This document shows, one piece after another, positions 34,192 to 42,559 of a stretch of 64,000 bases of DNA (position 1 is its first letter; every line of letters starts with the position of its first letter). Origin of the DNA: a virus; IMG/VR virus record IMGVR_UViG_3300049060_000085, positions 10,771-74,770 of that record; one strand, written 5' to 3'. The notes under the pieces were generated by a model. It was not told the origin of the DNA and searched no databases. It worked only from the letters and a program-made list of their open reading frames with translations. The translations under genes and the position numbers were made by a program.

Positions 34192-34572
34192 TCACAGGTT
34201 GCTGCGGTAGCGCTTGAGCACGCCATCAGCGCTTTTTCGGATGACGCGGAACGTCGCCTCTTTGTCGGTGATCCAAAAATGCTCGGCCACGCCCGCGAAC
34301 AGAGGCCAGCTGACGCTGGCGGATGCCGAGGGGTTGCCGCCCGTGCTTGGCAGTCCCGAGGCGAAATGGATGTAGCAATCCACATCGCAAACGAACGTCA
34401 CCCAGCACCCGCCGATAGGAATGCCGCTGGGGAGCGTGGTTGTCGCTCCCGTGGAGACCGATGTGACGCTGGTTGCATCGACTACCGCGAGAGGATCCGT
34501 CGCCCCGTCTTCGTACGTGGCAGTGGACGCATGCGGCGCCCTGCGCGCGATGGCTCCTGATTGTCCAAGCAT
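34192..34572 (-). CDS. putative virion protein
   Basis: GGAGGT SD; beta-rich. Confidence 0.7.
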   Translation of the reverse strand: MLGQSGAIARRAPHASTATYEDGATDPLAVVDATSVTSVSTGATTTLPSGIPIGGCWVTFVCDVDCYIHFASGLPSTGGNPSASASVSWPLFAGVAEHFWITDKEATFRVIRKSADGVLKRYRSNL

Positions 34573-34586
34573 AGCGCGACCTCCGT

Positions 34587-35009
34587 TCAGCTAGACCACG
34601 CGCAGATGGTTGCGGCCACTGACACGGTTCCGCCGCCGCTCGTGAACGTCCACAAGGGCCGCGCGTAGCGAGGGAAACTTGTGAAAGTCAGCACGGCCTC
34701 GGTTGTGCCGATGCCAAGGTTGTTGAATGTCAGCAGGCCTGTGGTGCTGCTGAATGTGATGCCGGATGCGAGCACGCTCGCGGTGCCGGAGTTCACGATG
34801 GGAAGCGCGATGGCTTGATCGGCCGCGCGGTTCTCGTCGTTGGTTCCACCCATTCCGAACGTGGCTTGCAGCGTCGCCGCGGTCACGGTGACGACCAGGC
34901 CCACCGACACGTGGCTGCAGTTGGCGATCTTGATCGTGCGGCCGATCTGCGTCCCGCTCGAACCGAGCAGCGCCACCTCTTGTACTAGGAAGTCTTTTCT
35001 GTCTGCCAT
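34587..35009 (-). CDS. beta-sandwich virion protein, tandem paralog 3
   Basis: shares NC..V, SGITF, F..F.R...FTSGGGT, W with 35023-35856. Confidence 0.8.
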   Translation of the reverse strand: MADRKDFLVQEVALLGSSGTQIGRTIKIANCSHVSVGLVVTVTAATLQATFGMGGTNDENRAADQAIALPIVNSGTASVLASGITFSSTTGLLTFNNLGIGTTEAVLTFTSFPRYARPLWTFTSGGGTVSVAATICAWSS

Positions 35010-35022
35010 GACACAACCTCTT

Positions 35023-35433
35023 TCAGGTGGACCAGCCAGAGATCGTGACCTTGTTGGAGATCGTGCCGCCGCCGCTTGTGAAGGTGAACACGGGGCGCAC
35101 GAAGCGCGTGAACGCGCTGTAGGCGACGGTGATTTCCGCGGTGGCCGCGGCGCCCGTCGCGAACGTCACAGCGTTCGAAGCGAACGTGATGCCCGAAGGC
35201 AACGCGGTGATCGCCGTGCCGCCGGTGAGCACGGGGAGCGCCACGGAAGTGTCGAGCGCGCGGTCGGCGTCGTTGGTGCCGGTGAGCGTGAGCGTTCCGA
35301 CCAAGTTGATCGCGGACGTGGTGATGACGATGGTCATCAACACCTTGTCGCAGTTGGTCACCTTGACCGCGCGACCGGTCTGCGTTGCGCCGACGCCCTC
35401 GAGGGCCACTTCAGATACCGAAAAATCAGCCAT
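35023..35433 (-). CDS. beta-sandwich virion protein, tandem paralog 2
   Basis: NCDK..LPVLTGG..PSGITFASNA..FTSGGGT..GWST. Confidence 0.8.
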   Translation of the reverse strand: MADFSVSEVALEGVGATQTGRAVKVTNCDKVLMTIVITTSAINLVGTLTLTGTNDADRALDTSVALPVLTGGTAITALPSGITFASNAVTFATGAAATAEITVAYSAFTRFVRPVFTFTSGGGTISNKVTISGWST

Positions 35434-35445
35434 AAATCCTCACTT

Positions 35446-35856
35446 TCAAACGGACCAAGCGCCGAGCGTGGCGCGAACATCGACAGTGCCACCGCCGCTC
35501 GTGTAGTCGTACACAGCGCGGACCCATGCGGGAAAACTCGAATAGGCGATCGTGACTTCGTACGTACCGATCGCCGGGTTGTTCAGCGTGATCGCGTTGC
35601 TTGCGAAGGTGATGCCGCTCGGGGCGGCGGTGATAAGCGCGCCGGTTGTGAGTACGGGCAGCGTGCTGGTCGGCTCGAGCGCTGTAACTGGGTCGCTCGT
35701 GCCGGTGAGCGCGATCGTAGCCTGAAGCGTGGCCGCTGTCACCGACAGCGTGATGGTCAGCGTGAGCTTGTCGCAGTTGCTGACCTGCACGGTGAGTCCG
35801 GACACGTCGGCGTCGGAGCCGGCGAGCACGGGTTGGCTCTTGAAAATGTCGGTCAT
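35446..35856 (-). CDS. beta-sandwich virion protein, tandem paralog 1
   Basis: NCDK..LPVLTTG..PSGITFASNA..YTSGGGT..GAWSV. Confidence 0.8.
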   Translation of the reverse strand: MTDIFKSQPVLAGSDADVSGLTVQVSNCDKLTLTITLSVTAATLQATIALTGTSDPVTALEPTSTLPVLTTGALITAAPSGITFASNAITLNNPAIGTYEVTIAYSSFPAWVRAVYDYTSGGGTVDVRATLGAWSV

Positions 35857-38279
35857 GCGTTACTCCGCTGAATCTGAGGTGCGTAGATCTGCTCTACGAA
35901 GATGGGATCTGTGCGCACGAGCCGCTCTGTCACAGCCGCGCGCGCGTCGTCGGTCCGAGCCTTGTTGTAGTCGTCCGCCCAAGGCATGAACGCGCTCGGG
36001 TTGGCCTTCATGGAAGCGGTCGTGTCGCGACCAAGTGTCATGCCGGCGGGCATGCCTTGCAGCGAAGACGTGGGCCCGTTCGGGTCTTTTTCGTCTGCAG
36101 CCGCTGGCGGCGGCGACGGCGGGCGGAACCCATCCCGGATGGCAGCGGCTTCGGCGCCGACGGGCATCCGCGCCTTTTCGCTGACGCGCTCCATCATGTC
36201 TGCGGTGTCGCCGCTCAGCCACTGAGCGTGGATGGAGTGCTTGCGCGGCTGGTACCAATGGTTGACCGCCATGCCGGCGCCCGCGCCCAGCGCGCCCAAC
36301 CCGCTTGCCCCAAGTGCGCCCGCGCCGAGGCTGTATGCGAGCCCGCCGCCGACGCTTCCGAGCGCAGAGCCCAGGGCACTGTTGCGCACGTCGAAGAATG
36401 GAGGGGCGTCGTGACGCGCGGAGCTCGCTTGGTCGCGCAGGAGGTTGAGCGTGCCCAAGTGCGCTTTCGAGTCCGCCCACTGCGTGGCCAGCTCCGGATC
36501 GGCGCGCTCCGCGCCAAGGTCCATCGCGTGATCGATGGCCGCGTAGCGCTCGCGCGCAAACGCGTCTTCAGGCTTCGCGAGCTCAGGCCTGATCGGCTGA
36601 CCTGCCTTGTTGAGCTCGTCGAGGTACGCGTTGAACGGCACGGGCGCAGGCCCGAGGTCTGCCATGGGCGCAGGCGCAGGCGCTTGGGCGCCGAGTCCGC
36701 GCATCCACGCGTCGGGATCGACAGGCGTTGCCGGTGACTGATTCGCAACCGGCAACGGCGGAGGCGGCAGAGCTTGTGCAGCCATTGGCGGTGGCGAAGC
36801 CTGTGCGGCGAGCGCGCCGATGGGATCGCCCACCACGGGCGCAGGAGATGCGCCCAGTGCTCCGAACGCGCTGGACTCGGGCGAAGCGCCAAGCAGCGAT
36901 CCAAACGCCGATGCCGGCGCCGGGGTGGGCGGCAGATTGGGTGCTGGGGCAGCGCTGGGCGGCGGCGTCATCGTTGGCAACGGAGGAGGCGCTGGCGGCA
37001 CCTGCTGCGGGCCGCCGGCGGCCGCCAGGGCCCCAACGGGATCGGGAGCCGGGGGTGCGGCTTGCACCGGTGACACGCGCTCGACTGGCTCCATGATGCG
37101 ACCGCCTGGGATGCCCATGCCGGAGTCCGCGTAGCGCTGCGCGATCGCGTCTGCGCCCGCCACATAGTCGGACGACAGTGGAGCGCCGTAAGCGGCCGCG
37201 GGGCTGCGCTCGCGAACATCCGCGCGAAACTTGTCGTGGATGTCCATCGGGTCGACGGTGGCGCCGCCCTGCGTCAGCGCTTCGACGGCCGCGTCCTTCG
37301 CGAGTCGCGCCTCGTCTCGAGCGCCTTGCACCGACGACGCCATTTCCGGCACCGTGTACGAGCCGCCGCGCTCGCCAGCGATGCGTCTGATTTCACTAAG
37401 GACGTTGCCGTATTTTTCCGGCTGCGCCGCGAGCTCGTCGATCGCCTTGTCGTCGTAGCCCGCGCTGCGCAAGAATTCATGATCGGCGTCTTGCGCGCGC
37501 AGCGCTCGGGCTTCAGGCGTGGCCTGACGCGCGGCGCTTCTTGCCGCCGCATTGCTTACCAGCGCGCCCGGCAACGCAAACGCGGCCGTGGCAGCAGCTC
37601 CGAGTTTGCCCGGCGCTTCTACCTGTCCTGTGTCGCCGTACTGACGCACAGCGTCCTCGCCGGCGCCGATCGCCATCTGTTCGCCGACTTCACCCAACAC
37701 GCGCCCCACCCCGGGCTTGATGAAGCGCGCAGCTGCAGCGATCTTGTTGACGGGACTCGCAAATGAGCCCACGAAATCGCCTGCGGCAAAGAGCGCCGGA
37801 TTGTCGCGCTCAGCGTCCATGCTCCACTGACGCACGGGTGCCGCGGCGTCGATCATCTGTCCAGCCGCGCGGTCGAGCCCAGCCGTGTACCCATGCACAC
37901 CGCCCGCGACCATGCTGCCGAGCGCGCGCGGTGCGCCGCCGTAGTCCGTGGGCTGCATGGTGGAGGCTTGCGCCGAAAACCCTGTGGGGTCCTCGCTGCC
38001 GCCGAGTAGACCGCGCAACCAGTCGCCGCCGCTCGGAGCTTCGGGCGTGGCTTCGCGCACCTCAGTCATGTTGAGCGAGCGACCAAGCGGCTTTTCGCTG
38101 CGAATCACCTCGGGCGTGCCCACGGTCATCTCAGCTTGCGGAGCTTCGCCCGCGTCGACCTCTTCGTCGTCGACACTCGTCGGAGACAAACCCTTCTTGT
38201 CCATGTCGTCCATGAACGCATCGAGCTTGTCTTCGGGGATGTTGAAGGTGCGCCCTTGTACTTTCCAGCGGGTACCCAT
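35853..38279 (-). CDS. internal virion/ejection protein (Pro-rich centre)
   Basis: 808 aa, Ala/Gly-rich helical, third large gene after nozzle. Confidence 0.7.
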   Translation of the reverse strand: MGTRWKVQGRTFNIPEDKLDAFMDDMDKKGLSPTSVDDEEVDAGEAPQAEMTVGTPEVIRSEKPLGRSLNMTEVREATPEAPSGGDWLRGLLGGSEDPTGFSAQASTMQPTDYGGAPRALGSMVAGGVHGYTAGLDRAAGQMIDAAAPVRQWSMDAERDNPALFAAGDFVGSFASPVNKIAAAARFIKPGVGRVLGEVGEQMAIGAGEDAVRQYGDTGQVEAPGKLGAAATAAFALPGALVSNAAARSAARQATPEARALRAQDADHEFLRSAGYDDKAIDELAAQPEKYGNVLSEIRRIAGERGGSYTVPEMASSVQGARDEARLAKDAAVEALTQGGATVDPMDIHDKFRADVRERSPAAAYGAPLSSDYVAGADAIAQRYADSGMGIPGGRIMEPVERVSPVQAAPPAPDPVGALAAAGGPQQVPPAPPPLPTMTPPPSAAPAPNLPPTPAPASAFGSLLGASPESSAFGALGASPAPVVGDPIGALAAQASPPPMAAQALPPPPLPVANQSPATPVDPDAWMRGLGAQAPAPAPMADLGPAPVPFNAYLDELNKAGQPIRPELAKPEDAFARERYAAIDHAMDLGAERADPELATQWADSKAHLGTLNLLRDQASSARHDAPPFFDVRNSALGSALGSVGGGLAYSLGAGALGASGLGALGAGAGMAVNHWYQPRKHSIHAQWLSGDTADMMERVSEKARMPVGAEAAAIRDGFRPPSPPPAAADEKDPNGPTSSLQGMPAGMTLGRDTTASMKANPSAFMPWADDYNKARTDDARAAVTERLVRTDPIFVEQIYAPQIQRSNA

Positions 38280-40178
38280 TCAGCGCTCCTCGTAGTCTTC
38301 CCAGTCGGTGAGGTCGACGGCTTCGATCGGCACGCTCGGCACCGGCTGAACACCGAGATTGTCGCCAGCGTCACCGCCCGAGCTCGTGCTGGGCGGTCTA
38401 TTGGACTGCTTCTTTGCGGCCTGCGGGTGAACATCGTCTAGGCTGCCCTCGGCTCCAACCGCTGCGGGCGCAGCGCTCGGCTGCAGATGTCCGAGCCAAC
38501 GTTTGGGATCTCGAATGTTGCCACCGGCCAACGACTGCGCGGCCAAGTCTGGCGCTGCCGCAGCGGCGTTGCCGAGCTGTGAAGTCAGCCGCGAACGAAG
38601 GATCTTCACCGAGTCTTTGATGTCTTGGAGCGTGGCCATCGGGCTCTGGGCGCTGGCGATGGCGGCGCGCATCTCTTCGCGCTCGTTGCCGCTCGCGCCC
38701 GTGTCGATGCGGTACACGCTTTCGGCAAGTCGGTTCAGGAGCTTGCGGTTGTAGTCGGCTTCGGCTTGGAACTTGTTGTACTCGTCATCACCGACGAGTC
38801 CCGCGATGCCGCGCAGCGCCTGCCCCAACGGGTACTTGTCTGCACCTTCTTTGAGCTGCTCGATACCGAGCCCCGGAGGCAGTTTTTTGGCTCGCTCCGC
38901 AGCCGCGATCACATCGTCGAGCTCGTCTACGAGCGACGCTGTGTCGATCTGCTTGGTGTGCTTGTTCCCGTACTCGGTGATCCAAGCTCGGTTTTTGTCT
39001 TCTTTGCGCGCTGTAGCAGCATCTGTACGGGCGCCTTCAGCGGCGGCGGTGCGACGCCTGGCCTCTTCCAAAGCCTCTCGCTGCAGCTTGTCGGCTGCGA
39101 TTTGATCGGGCGTCTGCGGCTTCGTTCCAAGCTGCTCGGCCTCGGCTTTGCGCCGCGCCGTTTCCGTGGTGTAGACGGTGTCGGCCTTGGTGTCTTTGGC
39201 CGCGTTTTCGGCTTCGATCGTGCCCGTCGCGCGACCCGCGGCCTTGACCTCTTCGGCGTGCCCGGCCTTTTGGACCATCGGCTCCGAGAGGTTGTAGTCG
39301 CGTCGGAACGACGGCATGGCTTGCGCCCAACCCTTGTCGTCGAGTCCCGCCGCGGCTTCGATCTTGGCGGGGTCCGCGCCGTTGAGCTTCATGAGCTCGA
39401 GCATCGCCGCGCGACTGCCTTTGCTGGCCTCCGCCGCAAGCGCATCCTTGGTGGCCTTGCTCGCAGCGGTTTGAGTCAGTCGCCCTTCACGGCCCTGCGC
39501 GGTCTGAATGCGCTGCATCGCCAGCATCTGGTTGACCGGATCGCTGTGCGCGCCGCCGGTCATCAGCTTGCGCCGGCCCTCCTCGAAACTGCGCTTGTCC
39601 GAATCGGCCTGTTGCAGGATGCCAGGGATCGAGCGGCCTTTGTTGAGGGCCACATCCACGAGGATCGCCCAGCCGTTGACGCCCGGAGCGCCGCGCTTGT
39701 CGTACTCTTCGAGCTGCCTGCGCTGCATCTCCTGGCCGCGCAGCATGAGCGCCTCGAACGGATCTTGTGCAGGCGGCGGTTCGGTCTTCGCCGTGCCCTG
39801 CCCAGGGTTTGTGAGCTCTTTCATCTCAGGGCTCGCACCTGCGCTGTCCACGCCCTTGGTGGGTGCCGCTCCGAGCGGCGGAGTCTCGGGCGCCGCGGGT
39901 GCCTCAGGCGACTCGGGCGCGAGCTCCATGGGCTCAGGCTCGGGCATCGGCTCGGGCAGGCTCATCGAAGCAAGCGCGGAGACGGCGCGATCGGCCGGCG
40001 GCTCGGGAACGGGCTCCATCTGGAACTCGGGATCGAGCGCGAGCCCGCCGGGCGACATGGCAGAGTCTTCGGGCGTGCTTTGCGCCGCGAGCGCCGCGAG
40101 CGCGGCGGTGCGCCGGCGCTCCTCTTCGTCGGGGTCGTAGCCGAGCAGATTGCTTTGAAGCTGGAAGTCCATGATCAC
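38280..40178 (-). CDS. internal virion/ejection protein
   Basis: 632 aa, charged coiled-coil. Confidence 0.7.
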   Translation of the reverse strand: MIMDFQLQSNLLGYDPDEEERRRTAALAALAAQSTPEDSAMSPGGLALDPEFQMEPVPEPPADRAVSALASMSLPEPMPEPEPMELAPESPEAPAAPETPPLGAAPTKGVDSAGASPEMKELTNPGQGTAKTEPPPAQDPFEALMLRGQEMQRRQLEEYDKRGAPGVNGWAILVDVALNKGRSIPGILQQADSDKRSFEEGRRKLMTGGAHSDPVNQMLAMQRIQTAQGREGRLTQTAASKATKDALAAEASKGSRAAMLELMKLNGADPAKIEAAAGLDDKGWAQAMPSFRRDYNLSEPMVQKAGHAEEVKAAGRATGTIEAENAAKDTKADTVYTTETARRKAEAEQLGTKPQTPDQIAADKLQREALEEARRRTAAAEGARTDAATARKEDKNRAWITEYGNKHTKQIDTASLVDELDDVIAAAERAKKLPPGLGIEQLKEGADKYPLGQALRGIAGLVGDDEYNKFQAEADYNRKLLNRLAESVYRIDTGASGNEREEMRAAIASAQSPMATLQDIKDSVKILRSRLTSQLGNAAAAAPDLAAQSLAGGNIRDPKRWLGHLQPSAAPAAVGAEGSLDDVHPQAAKKQSNRPPSTSSGGDAGDNLGVQPVPSVPIEAVDLTDWEDYEER

Positions 40179-42208
40179 CCGCCGTAACGCTTGCGAATGG
40201 CCGCCGCGTCTTCTTCTTCGCTGTTTTGGCCGATGCCGAATCCACCCAGCAGGCCGTTGCGCGAGCCGATGATCGGCAGACCGAAGATGCCCGTGCTATC
40301 GGCACGGTGTTGCGCGCTGTTGGCTGCGAGCGCTGAATCAAGCGCCGCTTTCTGTGCCGCGACACCAGCGATTTCGACTTGGTTATTCCCAAGCAGCTGG
40401 TTGGTGGTCCAGCGCGAGTTGTCTGTGCCCATGCCCGCCAGTAGGTTCTGCTGCGCTTGGTTCGTGTTGTTCGTGTTGATTTGCGCGCCCTGCACACCGA
40501 GTCGTCGGTTGAGCTGATCGTTCTCCAAACCGTTGCCCACGCCGCCAACAGCCATGTTCGTGCGCACGCCTTCCGCGTCGCGCAGGTAGTTCTGGTTCAG
40601 CACGCTGGTGGTGCCGTTGAAGATGTTGCTGGCGTTGTTGCTGTTTTGCGCGCTGGCATTGAGCTCGAGGCCAGACAGGTCCGTGGTGCGTCCCCACAGC
40701 GCATCGCGCTCGCGCTGTCTGAAGAGCTCGTTGAAGCTGTCCACGTTGTAAGCGTCGTCCTGCATCGCATTGGCCTGGTTGCCAGACGCGATCTGACCGC
40801 TGAGCCGTGTTTGCTGGTTGTTCGCGCTGGCCGTGTCGGCCGCAACGCCGCGCTTGTAGGCCTGGTCGAAGCTCGACTGCTGTGCGGTCTCAGCACCTTG
40901 CTCGTACATGCCAAGCGCTTGCAGCTGACGATTCGCGTTGCCCGTGGCAAGCGCGTTCGCTTCGCTGTTCAGTTGCGTCCCGAGCTGACCTTGCAGGCGC
41001 AACATGTCTTGCGATCGCGCCACGGCTTGTGCGCTCGCGGCGAGGTCCGAAAGTACGCGCTGCTGTGCGATCTGCTGGCTGCCCAGCGCGCCGAGTGTGA
41101 GCTCTGCGCCGCCGCCCGCCATACCGCGACGACGAAGGTTGCTCATCTTGGCGCCGTCGAGCGCGCGCTGGTCCATCTCCCAGCCCTGGCGAGCCTTCTC
41201 GTAGAGGAAGTTCTCCGCGTCCGTGACCGCGGGGTTGGTCAGCGCAGAAGCCTTGTCCAAGGCCTCCATCGCCGCCGCGTAGGCCTTGGGGTCCTCCTGG
41301 CCTACGTGGACATCCTTCGAGCCCTTGCTGACGTCGTAGAGGTCGGCAAGGCCTTGGTCGCGCATGGCGACGTAGCGCGGGTCCGCGTAGGCGCCAGCGG
41401 CCTGGGATTGGTAGTCGAGCGCGCCGTTGGCGGTGCCTTGGAGCTGGCTGAGCGCTTGCTGTTGCGCTGCCCAGGCCTCGGGGTTGAGGGCGAGCTGGCT
41501 CTCCAGCGGCGTGGCCAGCTGATCGTACATACCTTGCGCGCGACCGATGGTGGCGTCGTTGCGCGCGCTTAGGTCGTTGAGCGTGTTGGTGTAGCTGCCA
41601 AGCGCGTCGAGCGAGCCTTGGTTGGCCGTGCCGCGCGCGGCGTCCAGCTTGCCGGCTTCGCCGCGCAGCATGTCGATGTAGGCTGCGTTTCGCGGATCCT
41701 GCGCGTTGATCAGATTGTTCATCTGGTCGAGCGCGGCCTGGTTGTTCTGGTTCGTTCCCTTTGAAAGCTCTTCGAGGCGCTGAAGCGCCTCGTCGTTTTG
41801 CTGCGAGGTGTTGTTGATGAGGTCGCGGTTTTGTTTGAGTATCCGCTGCTCGGGCGTGAGGTACGCGGTGTCGCCGCCGCTCTGCTCGTACGCGCGTTGC
41901 GGCGCTTGTTGCGCGATGGGATTCGCTTTTTGTTCAGCAAGGCCCTTCGCGATGTACGCCTGCTGCTGCTCGGGCGTCATCGAGTTGAAGAGGTAGGTGC
42001 CGAAGTCCGACGCCATCAAATCGCCGGTGTAGCCAGCGGCTTGATCCGAGGGGCCTTGTGCAAAAGTCTCGGTGGTTGCCGAACGCGGCGGCGGCAGCAC
42101 CGCGCGCGACTGCGCGCCGGCATTGGTCGGCGGAGGCGCGCTCGACCTAACAGCAGCCGCGGGGACCCACCGCTGGGAAGCTTGATCCCATACAAGATTT
42201 TCAGGCAT
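40175..42208 (-). CDS. internal virion/ejection protein (Q/N/A/G-rich)
   Basis: 677 aa, composition typical of podovirus pilot proteins. Confidence 0.7.
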   Translation of the reverse strand: MPENLVWDQASQRWVPAAAVRSSAPPPTNAGAQSRAVLPPPRSATTETFAQGPSDQAAGYTGDLMASDFGTYLFNSMTPEQQQAYIAKGLAEQKANPIAQQAPQRAYEQSGGDTAYLTPEQRILKQNRDLINNTSQQNDEALQRLEELSKGTNQNNQAALDQMNNLINAQDPRNAAYIDMLRGEAGKLDAARGTANQGSLDALGSYTNTLNDLSARNDATIGRAQGMYDQLATPLESQLALNPEAWAAQQQALSQLQGTANGALDYQSQAAGAYADPRYVAMRDQGLADLYDVSKGSKDVHVGQEDPKAYAAAMEALDKASALTNPAVTDAENFLYEKARQGWEMDQRALDGAKMSNLRRRGMAGGGAELTLGALGSQQIAQQRVLSDLAASAQAVARSQDMLRLQGQLGTQLNSEANALATGNANRQLQALGMYEQGAETAQQSSFDQAYKRGVAADTASANNQQTRLSGQIASGNQANAMQDDAYNVDSFNELFRQRERDALWGRTTDLSGLELNASAQNSNNASNIFNGTTSVLNQNYLRDAEGVRTNMAVGGVGNGLENDQLNRRLGVQGAQINTNNTNQAQQNLLAGMGTDNSRWTTNQLLGNNQVEIAGVAAQKAALDSALAANSAQHRADSTGIFGLPIIGSRNGLLGGFGIGQNSEEEDAAAIRKRYGG

Positions 42209-42559
42209 TTATCCCACCACCAAAAGCCGGATGGTTGCGTAGCGCTCGCCCGCGGTGAGCCCGCCGATCTTCACGTTCACGGAGGCGCCGTCGAAGCCGA
42301 GTTGCGGAACCGCGTCCACCGACTGCCAGGAGCCGTCCGCTTTTTCGACGTAGGTCACCACGGCGCCGTGCGGTCTGCGCGACGACGCAAACACGAAGCC
42401 TTCGGTCTGATAGACCTGATCGGAAAACTCCACTTCGCGCAGCGCCGGCGCGGTTGAAATCACAGAGTCGAGGTTGCGGAGATTTTCGCCGACCTCACGC
42501 CCGTGGACTTCGTCCTCGGACCAAACGCGCTTGCGAATAGGCCGTTTGATGCTGCTCAT
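42209..42559 (-). CDS. small virion protein
   Basis: coupled to nozzle gene. Confidence 0.7.
   Translation of the reverse strand: MSSIKRPIRKRVWSEDEVHGREVGENLRNLDSVISTAPALREVEFSDQVYQTEGFVFASSRRPHGAVVTYVEKADGSWQSVDAVPQLGFDGASVNVKIGGLTAGERYATIRLLVVG

Noticed and set aside
36130-36143. CATCCCGGAT as another late-motif copy
   Set aside because: Inside a coding region, mismatched at the terminal G, not near a start codon
38625-41572. Long + strand ORFs (520 aa at 38625, 371 aa at 40457; also 32341, 48783, 53295, 54315)
   Set aside because: Antisense shadows of strong - strand genes in GC-rich DNA; Arg/Ala/Val-rich with no motifs or RBS
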